From assembly GCA_963712875.1 (NCBI GenBank), contig CAVQJS010000001.1, forward strand, positions 57,085 to 121,084: 64,000 nt of DNA, in the 5' to 3' direction. Every line of letters starts with the position of its first letter. Positions within the stretch are counted from its first letter, which is position 1. The stretch is from an uncultured Actinomycetota bacterium. Its GTDB lineage: Bacteria; Actinomycetota; Actinomycetes; Propionibacteriales; Nocardioidaceae. The notes under the pieces were generated by a model that had not been told where the DNA came from, did not search any database, and was given only the letters and a program-made list of their open reading frames with translations. A program made the translations under genes and the position numbers. Positions 52,610 to 60,919 of the stretch are shown here, piece after piece.

Positions 52610-53716
52610 ATGAGCACACGCCAGCTCGGCATCGAGGAAGAGCTGCTCCTGGTCGACGGTTGCGGAGCGCCGGCCCCGCGCGCGCCCGACCTGCTCGCCC
52701 GCTGCGCCGCCGCCAGCGACCTCGCCTCCGGAACCGTCCTCCAGCACGAGTTCTTCCAGGCGCAGGTGGAGGTGGTGACCCCACCACTCCGCCTCCTCAC
52801 CGATGCCGCTGCACATCTGCGCTCGGGACGTGAGTCGCTGGCGCGCGCTGGGGCTGACCTGGGCATCAGCCCGCTGGCGGTTGCCACACCGGTCCTGGCG
52901 GCGCCCCCTGGGCCGTACGTCGAGGACGAGCGGTTCATTCGAATCGCGAAGCATTACGCCGGGCTGGGCAGTGAGTCCCTCATGTGTGCGCTACACGTTC
53001 ACGTCGAGGTGGCCGACCGCGGCGAGGGGGTCGCTGTGCTGGACCGGGTGCGCCCTTGGCTTCCACTGTTGGTGGCTTTGAGCGCCAACTCGCCGTTCTG
53101 GCACGGCCGCGACATGGGGTTCGCGACCTGGCGCTCTCAGCTGTGGCGGATGTGGCCCAGCAGCGGTCCGCACGAGGTGTTCGGCGACCTGGCTGCATAC
53201 GACGCCCTGATTGTCCGTCTGCTACGAGACCAGGCGATCCTCGACGTGGGCCTGCTCAACCTCGAGGTGAGGCTGTCGGCGCGCTATCCGACCGTAGAGT
53301 TTCGGGTGGCCGATGTGTGCACGTCGCTCGACGACACTCTGTTGGTGGCCGCTGTGGTGAGGGGTTTGACCGAGACGGCTGTCCGCGAGGCGCGCGAGGG
53401 CGTCGGGCCCGCGTCCTGGCGGGTCGACAGCCTGCGCAGCGCCGGATGGCGGGCCGCACGCTTCGGTGTCAGCGATCGACTCGTCGACCCCCTCAGCGGG
53501 CTGCCGGTGTCGGCGGCGACCGCCTTCGAAACCCTGCTCAATCACGTGGGGGACGCACTGGACGACGCAGGCGACCTCGCGCATGTCACCGCAGGCCTGG
53601 AGCGGATCGCCCTGGACGGGACCGGCGCCGACCACCAGCGTCGCGCCGCAGCCAGTGCCGACGGCGACCTGACGTCGGTCGTCGACGACCTGCGGTTGCG
53701 CACGGTCGAGGGCTGA
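52610..53716 (+). CDS. YbdK/GCS2 family carboxylate-amine ligase
   Basis: LGIEEELLLVD, CALHVHV, ALSANSPFW.G.D.GFATWR and RYPTVEFRVAD motifs. Confidence 0.9.
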   Translation: MSTRQLGIEEELLLVDGCGAPAPRAPDLLARCAAASDLASGTVLQHEFFQAQVEVVTPPLRLLTDAAAHLRSGRESLARAGADLGISPLAVATPVLAAPPGPYVEDERFIRIAKHYAGLGSESLMCALHVHVEVADRGEGVAVLDRVRPWLPLLVALSANSPFWHGRDMGFATWRSQLWRMWPSSGPHEVFGDLAAYDALIVRLLRDQAILDVGLLNLEVRLSARYPTVEFRVADVCTSLDDTLLVAAVVRGLTETAVREAREGVGPASWRVDSLRSAGWRAARFGVSDRLVDPLSGLPVSAATAFETLLNHVGDALDDAGDLAHVTAGLERIALDGTGADHQRRAAASADGDLTSVVDDLRLRTVEG

Positions 53717-53727
53717 TCGCGGCTTGA

Positions 53728-53752
53728 GGTTGATCATGTCTCAAGGGGGTAC
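53728..53752 (+). promoter_or_regulatory. SigB/SigF-type promoter of the methyltransferase
   Basis: GGTT-N15-GGGTAC, 8 nt before ATG 53761. Confidence 0.5.
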
Positions 53753-53760
53753 TGGACCAC

Positions 53761-54378
53761 ATGGTCGACCACCTCACCTTCGGCAGCCTCCAGATCGCCT
53801 TCGACGAGCAGGTCCTGCGCCCGCGAGGGTGGACAGCTGCCCAGTCGCTGTGGGCTGCCGACCTGCTGCCGGATCTCCCGGAAGGGCCCGTGCTGGAGCT
53901 GTGCGCGGGTGCCGGGCAGATCGGCCTGCTGGCCGTTCTCGACTCGTCCCGGAGCCTGGTCTGCGTGGACGCCAACGAGGTGGCGTGCGACTTCGCCAGG
54001 GCCAACGCGCAGGCGGCCGGGATCGCGGAACGCGTCGAGGTGCGCACGGGCCGGTTGGAGAGCGCACTCGACCCAGGCGAACGCTTCTCTCTCGTCATCG
54101 CCGACCCACCCTGGGTACCGCGGGACGAGATCAGCCGATATCCCGAGGACCCGACCACCGCCATCGACGGCGGAGGCGACGGGATGGAGGTGGCACGGGC
54201 ATGCCTCCGGGTCATCGATGCCCACCTCGAGGCGGGCGGAGCGGCGCTCCTGCAGCTCGGCACGGCAGCCCAGGCGGCCGCGCTCGCGGACGAGGATCCT
54301 GTGCGAAGGGGCAGTCTCGAGGTCGTCGAGGTGCGGCCGGAGGAGCGGGGTGTGCTCGTGCGGATCGACCGGTGCTGA
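53761..54378 (+). CDS. HemK-like class I SAM methyltransferase
   Basis: VLRPR, LELCAGAGQIG (motif I), ADPPWV (motif IV) and AIDGGGDG. Confidence 0.85.
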   Translation: MVDHLTFGSLQIAFDEQVLRPRGWTAAQSLWAADLLPDLPEGPVLELCAGAGQIGLLAVLDSSRSLVCVDANEVACDFARANAQAAGIAERVEVRTGRLESALDPGERFSLVIADPPWVPRDEISRYPEDPTTAIDGGGDGMEVARACLRVIDAHLEAGGAALLQLGTAAQAAALADEDPVRRGSLEVVEVRPEERGVLVRIDRC

Positions 54379-54588
54379 TCAGTCCCGGGATCCGCGCGGG
54401 ATCACCTTGTGGGTGCCGTCGCACCACGGCAGCCGGCTCGACTTGTCGCACCGGCAGAGTGCCACCACCGGACGTCGAACGTCGTGCACCACCCCGTCAA
54501 CGTCCTGGATGCTGGTCGCCCCGCGAACGAGCAAGGGTCCGTCCGGGCACATGACAACGTCGGGGTGCTCGAACTCATCGGCGGTCAT
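54379..54588 (-). CDS. CDGSH iron-sulfur domain protein
   Basis: DGPLLVRG...VALCRCDKSSRLPWCDGTH. Confidence 0.88.
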   Translation of the reverse strand: MTADEFEHPDVVMCPDGPLLVRGATSIQDVDGVVHDVRRPVVALCRCDKSSRLPWCDGTHKVIPRGSRD

Positions 54589-55580
54589 GGAGCAACACCC
54601 CAGCGATCGAGCATCGCCGTGGCGAACCGCGACTCCTGGTCCAAGCAGGTGAAGGCACCGAAGAGGATCCCATCGGCCTGCTGGGGCTCGTCCTCGGCCA
54701 GCGTGCCGCAGATGTCGCGTGCGGCCAGGTGCTCATGGATGGCGTCGGCCTCCACGTGCTCGCTGTAGTAGAGCGACATGTCACCGCGCAACGCCAGCCG
54801 GTCCAGGCCCTGCACCATCTTGCGTGAGGGCAGAGAGCTGGTCATCTCGAACGCCGCCAGATGTCCCATGGCCGCACCACGGAGCCGACGATGCAGTCCG
54901 AACAGCGAGGCGGCGTTGTTCATCTCGAGGGTCTCGGGGAGCGCCTCGTCGACGAAGGCGCCGTAGTCGGGGTCCAGACCGACGGAGGCGAGTCCTCGGG
55001 CAAATAGGTGGGAGTGCAGCCGGTTGGGGTTCCCGGCGCCGTACTCGTCGTACTGCAGCTCCATGAGCGCAGCCTTGGCCCGGACGGGAAGCCGGGGCAC
55101 GACCCACGCGGTGGGGTCGGACTCCTTCAGGTGGTAGACCGACCGCTGACGGAGCAGCTCCAGCACCTCGTCGCGGTCCGCGTGACGGCGCACATGGTCC
55201 GCCAGAGACGGCCCGTCGTCGGCCTCGACCATGGCGATGAGCCGGTCCGGTACGTCGCCAGGGTCAACCAGCTCCGCCACCGTGCATCGTGCTCGCAGCC
55301 GCTCCTCCAGCTGATCCTCGAGCGTGCTTCGCACGGCAAGCACGGCCGGGTGCTGCTCGGCGCGCTCGTCCACGTCCTCGAACCCGCCGTAGGACAGCTC
55401 GTGCAGTATCCACAGCGCCAGCGCCTCGTCCTCCGACGAGTCCGCCGATGGCAGGGGCGCAAGGACGGAGGAACGCGACGGCAGGGTGCGAACCATGGTC
55501 CGGACACGCTCGCTCAAGCTGCCCCGCGGCTTCGGACACATCATTCCCGACACGGTGCCAACCGCTCTCACTGACGTCAT
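54585..55580 (-). CDS. Iron-containing redox enzyme (heme-oxygenase-like diiron oxidase)
   Basis: YHLKESDP, QYDEYGAG....HSHLF, AFEMTS and YYSEHVEADAIHE ligand pattern. Confidence 0.85.
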   Translation of the reverse strand: MTSVRAVGTVSGMMCPKPRGSLSERVRTMVRTLPSRSSVLAPLPSADSSEDEALALWILHELSYGGFEDVDERAEQHPAVLAVRSTLEDQLEERLRARCTVAELVDPGDVPDRLIAMVEADDGPSLADHVRRHADRDEVLELLRQRSVYHLKESDPTAWVVPRLPVRAKAALMELQYDEYGAGNPNRLHSHLFARGLASVGLDPDYGAFVDEALPETLEMNNAASLFGLHRRLRGAAMGHLAAFEMTSSLPSRKMVQGLDRLALRGDMSLYYSEHVEADAIHEHLAARDICGTLAEDEPQQADGILFGAFTCLDQESRFATAMLDRWGVAP

Positions 55581-55588
55581 GCCTCTCG

Positions 55589-55613
55589 GTTCCCCCTTCA
55601 GCGCCTGCTATGC
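55589..55613 (-). promoter_or_regulatory. SigB/SigF-type promoter of the diiron oxidase
   Basis: Minus strand GCAT-N15-GGGAAC, 8 nt before the ATG at 55580. Confidence 0.4.
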
Positions 55614-55720
55614 GTGGGATGCGTCAGTCCGGGTATCGCTGCCGCCGCTAGGGACGCTCGCGGACGCGCCAGCGGCTTTCCGCCACGCTCGCGCGGGCGC
55701 ACCGCGATCCCGCGAAGTCA

Positions 55721-55782
55721 CGCAATCGATGGTTGCGCATCCGGCACGTCGCAGGTAAGGTCACACGCAACCAAACGTTGCG
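55721..55782. promoter_or_regulatory. Paired palindromic operators (probably ArsR-type)
   Basis: CGCAATcgatgGTTGCG (55721-55737) and CGCAACcaaacGTTGCG (55766-55782) before the SRPBCC-ArsR operon. Confidence 0.7.
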
Positions 55783-55792
55783 GGAGGCTGTC

Positions 55793-56251
55793 ATGGAGCT
55801 GGGAACCATCGAGCGCGAGCTCTACGTCGAGGCGACGCCCGAGATCGTCTTCGAGGTGGTGAGCGACCCGGCCCACGTGAAGCAGTGGTGGTCCGACGAC
55901 GCGCGCTACGAGACCGTGATCGGGTCGGCGGGCGAGATCCTGTTCGCCGACGCCGACGGGGGGAAGGTCGAGGCGTTCACCGTCGTGGACCTGCAGCCGC
56001 CCACCCGCTTCTCGTTCCGCTGGACGCACCCGGCGGGGGAGGAGGCGGTGGAGGGCAACTCGCTGCTCGTCACCTTCGAGCTCGTCCCTCAGGGCGAAGG
56101 CACGCTGGTGCGCTTCCGAGAGACCGGCTTCCGCGAGCGGGGCTGGGCAGCCGCCGAGCTCGAGGCGAACTACCAGGACCACGTCCACGGGTGGGACTAC
56201 TTCCTGCCACGCCTCGTCACGTACGCCGCGACGCTGGACGCCCGGCCATGA
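55793..56251 (+). CDS. SRPBCC/AHSA1-family protein
   Basis: IERELYVEATPEIVFEVV..P...QWW...FSFRW...LVTFEL...GTLVRFRETGF...GW. Confidence 0.85.
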   Translation: MELGTIERELYVEATPEIVFEVVSDPAHVKQWWSDDARYETVIGSAGEILFADADGGKVEAFTVVDLQPPTRFSFRWTHPAGEEAVEGNSLLVTFELVPQGEGTLVRFRETGFRERGWAAAELEANYQDHVHGWDYFLPRLVTYAATLDARP

Positions 56252-56592
56252 CCAACCAAGTCGACGACGAGCTGTGGTCGGCGATCGGCGACCCCACCCG
56301 CCGCCAGATGCTCGACCTGCTGCTCGCGGCTGGGTCGGGTACGTCGACCTCGCTCAGCGAGCGGCTTCCGGTGAGCCGGCAGGCGGTCGCGAAGCACCTG
56401 GCCGTGCTCGACAGGGCAGGGCTCGTGCACGGGCAGACGGCCGGCCGCGAGCGGCACTACCGGATCGACGAGGAGCAGTTCGCCCGCGCGCTCGCGCAGC
56501 TCAACGCCGTGAGCACCGCCTGGGACGGTCGGCTCCGACGCATCAAGCGCCTTGCCGAGGCGCTGCAGAACAACGAGAAGGAGAAGAAGTGA
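56248..56592 (+). CDS. ArsR/SmtB family regulator
   Basis: AIGDPTRRQMLDLL...LPVSRQAVAKHLAVL..AGLV. Confidence 0.9.
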   Translation: MTNQVDDELWSAIGDPTRRQMLDLLLAAGSGTSTSLSERLPVSRQAVAKHLAVLDRAGLVHGQTAGRERHYRIDEEQFARALAQLNAVSTAWDGRLRRIKRLAEALQNNEKEKK

Positions 56593-56709
56593 GGGAGTCG
56601 ACACCTGCGCCGGTCGGGCGCTGTCACCCCCGGTGCCGACGGGCTCGCAGCCCGGGCGCAACCATTCAGCGGCGGGATTCCCTCGCCAGATCACGAAAGG
56701 AATCGATGC

Positions 56710-57195
56710 ATGAGCGACCTGACCCACACCTTCACCGTGGACGCGACGCCGCAAGAGGCCTACGAGGCCATCATCGACGTCCGCTCCTGGTGGGGTGCGA
56801 CCAACATCGTCGGCCCCACCGACCAGCTGGGCGCCGACTGGTTCTACCTGGTGCCAGACATCCACTACTCCAAGCAGCGCACCGCCGAGCTCGTCGCCGG
56901 GGAGCGGGTGGTGTGGGAGTTCACCGACGGCTACCTCGACTTCATCGCCGAGAAGGGCGAGTGGATCGGGACGACTGGCCGCTTCGACATCACGTCCCAG
57001 GACGGCCAGACGCAGGTGACCTTCACTCACGAGGGCCTCGCGTCAGCCGATGAATGCTTCGACGTCTGCCACGACGCCTGGCGGCACTACATCACCGAGA
57101 GTCTGCGTCAGCGGATCGTCACCGGCCACGGCACGATGCGTACCCGCGAGGAGGATCAGGCGGCCGTCAGGCAACACGCCGAGACCCGGCAGTAG
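56710..57195 (+). CDS. SRPBCC domain protein
   Basis: VDATP.EAYEAI..V..WW...EWIGT...VTFTHEGL...ECFDVC..AW..YI..SL. Confidence 0.82.
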   Translation: MSDLTHTFTVDATPQEAYEAIIDVRSWWGATNIVGPTDQLGADWFYLVPDIHYSKQRTAELVAGERVVWEFTDGYLDFIAEKGEWIGTTGRFDITSQDGQTQVTFTHEGLASADECFDVCHDAWRHYITESLRQRIVTGHGTMRTREEDQAAVRQHAETRQ

Positions 57196-57219
57196 GCCTA
57201 CGACCATTGCGTGGGTAGG

Positions 57220-58464
57220 TCATGTCGAGACGTCGACAGGCTCGGGTCGGGAGCCCAGCGCCACGGTGGTGGGGGTCGTTCGGGTGCACGCCAAAGCGAT
57301 GAGCAGCGCGCCGGCCGCGGCGGTGATCGCCGTGATCATCCATCCGGCGCTGTGAACGCCGTGGGCCTCGGTGAGCAGCCCGAATCCCATGGCGATGGGT
57401 AGGAAGGCGATCCATGTGAGCGTGCTGACTCCCGACGCGACGCCTGCGCGGATGGTGGATGGCACGGCGTCGTGGAGCAGGCGCGAGACGTGGATGCTGG
57501 CGGCCACGATCATCAGGGCGAGCAGGATCTGCGCGGCGGTGACGACGATGACGTTTCGGCTAGAGGTGAGGATCAGGCTGGCCGTCACCATCAGCGCGGC
57601 GACCGTAGCTGCGGTGCGCGGCAGGTCGAGGTGGACGCGGCCAGCGATCAGGCCGCCCAGCCCGAGGGCGGAGACGAGGCCGGCCCAGTGCGGCCCGTAC
57701 AGCACCGCGGGGGCGGCCAGTGCCACCAACCACAGCGGGCCGAACTCGAGCAGCACCTGCAGGGCCAGACCGGTCAGCATCGTCATGGTGATGACAGGCA
57801 GCAGTCGAGCACGCCGAGTCAGTGTGCGGTAGGTCGAAGCGATGTGGGTGCGCAGCGAGGTGGCCTGCGACGCCCGGTGCAGTTGCGGCTCCGAGAAGCG
57901 CAGCAGTGCGACGATCGACAGCGCCACGACCGGTACCGTCAGCAGGTAGGTGAGCCGGGTGCCGGCGATCCCGGCCAAGACGCCGCCGAGAAGGGCGCTG
58001 ACCACCAGGGCAGCGCTGTCGATGAGTCGGTTGCGACCGAGGATCTGCTCGAACGCGACGCTGTCGCCGGTCTCCTCCAGCACCGTGTCGTAGATGAGGG
58101 AGTCGATCGTCCCGGAGCTCAACGCGAAGCACACACCCAACGCCAACGCGCTGAGGGTGTAGGTCGCCACGTTGTGGCTGAGTGCGCCGATGAACGAGCT
58201 GGCTGCCAGCGCGGCGTTGGCAAGCATCAGGACCCCGCGGCGGCTCCACCGGTCGGCGAGGATCCCCGAAGGCACCTCGAGGACCGGCACGACGGCGGCA
58301 TACGCGGCGGCCATGAGACCGATGCTCGCGGCGTCGAAACCGATCTCGTTCATGAAGAGCTTCTCCACCGGAACCCAGAAGAGGAGGCCTTGGAGGAACG
58401 TGGCCAGATACAGCGGACGCAGCCGCTTCTGCACTGAGCTCGTGGGTTGCCTGAGGGTGGTCAT
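57220..58464 (-). CDS. MFS transporter
   Basis: LEVPSGILADRWSRR motif A; about 12 TM segments. Confidence 0.88.
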   Translation of the reverse strand: MTTLRQPTSSVQKRLRPLYLATFLQGLLFWVPVEKLFMNEIGFDAASIGLMAAAYAAVVPVLEVPSGILADRWSRRGVLMLANAALAASSFIGALSHNVATYTLSALALGVCFALSSGTIDSLIYDTVLEETGDSVAFEQILGRNRLIDSAALVVSALLGGVLAGIAGTRLTYLLTVPVVALSIVALLRFSEPQLHRASQATSLRTHIASTYRTLTRRARLLPVITMTMLTGLALQVLLEFGPLWLVALAAPAVLYGPHWAGLVSALGLGGLIAGRVHLDLPRTAATVAALMVTASLILTSSRNVIVVTAAQILLALMIVAASIHVSRLLHDAVPSTIRAGVASGVSTLTWIAFLPIAMGFGLLTEAHGVHSAGWMITAITAAAGALLIALACTRTTPTTVALGSRPEPVDVST

Positions 58465-58494
58465 GGCGTCTCCTCCAGTGTTGGGATCACAGGA

Positions 58495-58626
58495 ACATCG
58501 GAGCTGTCGGACCGTCCTCGACATCGCGTCGCCCCGAGTGCGGCCACAATGTCGGTGTGCGGTGTGGACCTGGTCGTGGTGACGTCTGCCGCATCGCTGT
58601 CGAGGAGGCGCGAACGGTTCCGATGT
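58495..58626. promoter_or_regulatory. Two divergent ECF42-type promoters
   Basis: TGTCGAGGA-N14-CGATGT on minus (58523-58495) and plus (58598-58626) strands. Confidence 0.7.
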
Positions 58627-58673
58627 AGCTGTGACTGCGCGTCCACCGGGCGCCACGATGGGAGGAGCGAGCG

Positions 58674-59048
58674 ATGAAGTTCATGCTGCTGATCTGGAGC
58701 AACCCGGCGAACTGGGAGGCACTGTCGGCGTCCGAGCGGGCGACGTTGGCGGGCGAGGCGTACGACGAGCATGCTGCGCTCGATGCGGCGCTGATGGGCT
58801 CTGGTGAGCTGATGATCTCCGCCGCACTGGCCGACCCGATCACCACGCGTACCATCCGCGTCCGCGACGGGGTCGTTGCCAGTACCGATGGGCCCTACGC
58901 GGAGGCCAAGGAGTATCTGGTCGGCTACTACATGGTCGAGTGCGAGGGACTGGACCGGGCTACGGAGATCGCGGCGCGAGTCCCTGACGCTCGATGGGAG
59001 CGTGTCGAGATCCGACCGGCGATGGAAGTCACCGGCCTGGAGATGTGA
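58674..59048 (+). CDS. YciI/DGPF family protein
   Basis: MKFMLLI...TDGPYAEAKEYLVGYY...A.EIA...VEIRP. Confidence 0.9.
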   Translation: MKFMLLIWSNPANWEALSASERATLAGEAYDEHAALDAALMGSGELMISAALADPITTRTIRVRDGVVASTDGPYAEAKEYLVGYYMVECEGLDRATEIAARVPDARWERVEIRPAMEVTGLEM

Positions 59049-59057
59049 GGCAGCACG

Positions 59058-60314
59058 ATGGGCAACACCACCGACATCGGGCCAACGCTGCGGGCACTGG
59101 CACCTGAGGTCCTCGGGGCGCTGGTGCGCCACCACGGCCAGTTCGACGCGTGCGAGGACGCAGTGCAGGACGCACTGCTCGAGGCGAGTGTCGCCTGGTC
59201 CGAGAACGGTGTCCCGCAGAGCCCGAAGGGCTGGCTGATCAGGGTGGCGTCCCGCAGGCTGACCGATCGGTGGCGCAGCGACACGGCCCGCCGCCGCCGC
59301 GAGGCCACCGTGGCCGCACTGGAGCCGACCGACGTCCCTGGGCCAAGCGCTCCGCACACCGAGCAACCCGTCGCCGACGACACGTTGACGCTGCTGTTCT
59401 TGTGCTGCCATCCCGCCTTGACGAGCAGCTCGCAGGTCTCGCTGACTCTGCGCGCCGTCGGCGGTCTCACCACAGCGGAGATCGCCCGGGCGTTCTTCGT
59501 CCCCGAGTCGACCATGGCCCAACGGATCAGCCGCGCCAAGGCGCAGATCACCGCGGCCGGGGGTCGGTTCCGTATGCCAGATGACGAACGGCCGCAGCGG
59601 CTCGGCGCGGTGTTGCAGGTGCTGTATCTCGTCTTCAACGAAGGCTATGTCGCCACATCAGGACCGGATCCGCACCGCGTCGAGCTCACCAGCGAGGCCA
59701 TCCGCCTCACCCGCGAAGTACGGCGTCTGCTGCCCGACGACGGCGAGGTCGCCGGTCTGCTCGCCTTGATGCTGCTCACCGATGCCCGCCGACCGGCCCG
59801 CGCTCGGCTTGACGGCAGCCTGGTCCCACTCGCCGAGCAGGACCGCAGCAAGTGGAACCAGAATCTGATCGCGGAGGGCGCCGCCCTCATCACCACGACC
59901 CTGGCCAGCACCCAGGTCGGACCGTTCCAGATCCAGGCCGCTATCGCCGCTCTGCACGCCGAGGCCACCCAGGCTCAAGACACCGACTGGCCACAAATTC
60001 TGGCGCTCTACAACCTGCTGGCCCAGTCCTCCACGAATCCAGTGGTGCAGCTCAACCGCGCCGTCGCCCACGCAATGGTCCACGGTCCGCAAGCCGGTCT
60101 CGTACTGCTCGCCGAGCTCCACACAGATCGACACATCTCGGCGCACCACCGCTTGCACGCCGTCCGCGGCCACCTCCTGGAGCAAGCCGGCGACCGTGCC
60201 ATGGCCCAAGCCGCGTTCGAGGAAGCCACCCTCCTGGCGACCAGCATCCCCGAGAAGCGCTACCTCCAAGCCCAGGCCCTCCGGCTCGCCGCCATCACCG
60301 CTGACGACAACTGA
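59058..60314 (+). CDS. ECF sigma factor with long C-terminal extension (ECF42-like)
   Basis: CEDAVQDA, DDTLTLLFLCCHPAL, TMAQRISRAK, VLYLVFNEGY, GPFQIQAAIAALH and TDWPQI motifs; follows yciI. Confidence 0.9.
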   Translation: MGNTTDIGPTLRALAPEVLGALVRHHGQFDACEDAVQDALLEASVAWSENGVPQSPKGWLIRVASRRLTDRWRSDTARRRREATVAALEPTDVPGPSAPHTEQPVADDTLTLLFLCCHPALTSSSQVSLTLRAVGGLTTAEIARAFFVPESTMAQRISRAKAQITAAGGRFRMPDDERPQRLGAVLQVLYLVFNEGYVATSGPDPHRVELTSEAIRLTREVRRLLPDDGEVAGLLALMLLTDARRPARARLDGSLVPLAEQDRSKWNQNLIAEGAALITTTLASTQVGPFQIQAAIAALHAEATQAQDTDWPQILALYNLLAQSSTNPVVQLNRAVAHAMVHGPQAGLVLLAELHTDRHISAHHRLHAVRGHLLEQAGDRAMAQAAFEEATLLATSIPEKRYLQAQALRLAAITADDN

Positions 60315-60371
60315 CCTGCTTGGGGGATCACACGTGGGACGGACGCGGCCCATCTACGTGACACGGGGGCA

Positions 60372-60860
60372 TCAGCTTGTCTGTTGCCGATCGTCGGGGC
60401 GGGGCCACGGTCGACCGTCGCGCCGCTCGATGTCGGCGTTGAACCGGCTCAACAGTTCCGCGAGTCGGCCGACATCCTCAGCTGACCAATCCTCCAAGAT
60501 CTCGCTCAACCCGCTCAGCTTGACCTTCCGGTCCGTCGCCAACGCCGCGAGCCCCTGGTCGCTGACCCTGAACTTCCGCGCGATGCCGCCTTCGGGATCG
60601 GGGATGCGCTCGACCAGACCGACGCGCAGCATGGCGTTGGCCTGTCGGTGCAATGTCGAGACATCGAGGCCGAATGCTTCGCTCAGCTCCGAGGTCGACA
60701 TCGGACCTTGTAGCTGGAGTCTCGTCAACACGGTGTAGGCGCTCCGGTCGAGGCCGGGCCCACCATCGTTGTGGCGCAACGTAGGGGACACGTAACGGCC
60801 GAGCAGCATGCCCTCGAACTCGATGGTCATCAGGTCGTCATTCACCACTCCACCCTCCAC
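60372..60860 (-). CDS. MarR family regulator (start uncertain, 60830-60860)
   Basis: LDRSAY.VL..L...GPMS..ELSEAFGLDVSTLHRQ...GLVERIPDP. Confidence 0.88.
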   Translation of the reverse strand: MEGGVVNDDLMTIEFEGMLLGRYVSPTLRHNDGGPGLDRSAYTVLTRLQLQGPMSTSELSEAFGLDVSTLHRQANAMLRVGLVERIPDPEGGIARKFRVSDQGLAALATDRKVKLSGLSEILEDWSAEDVGRLAELLSRFNADIERRDGRPWPRPDDRQQTS

Positions 60861-60919
60861 GTCGCGAATCTACCAACGCCGATTATTGCATAATACAAAT
60901 CGTGTGTAGGGTGCACAAT

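Noticed and set aside
55612-55636. Additional plus-strand GGGTAT promoter-like motif
   Set aside because: No start codon at suitable distance; could be chance
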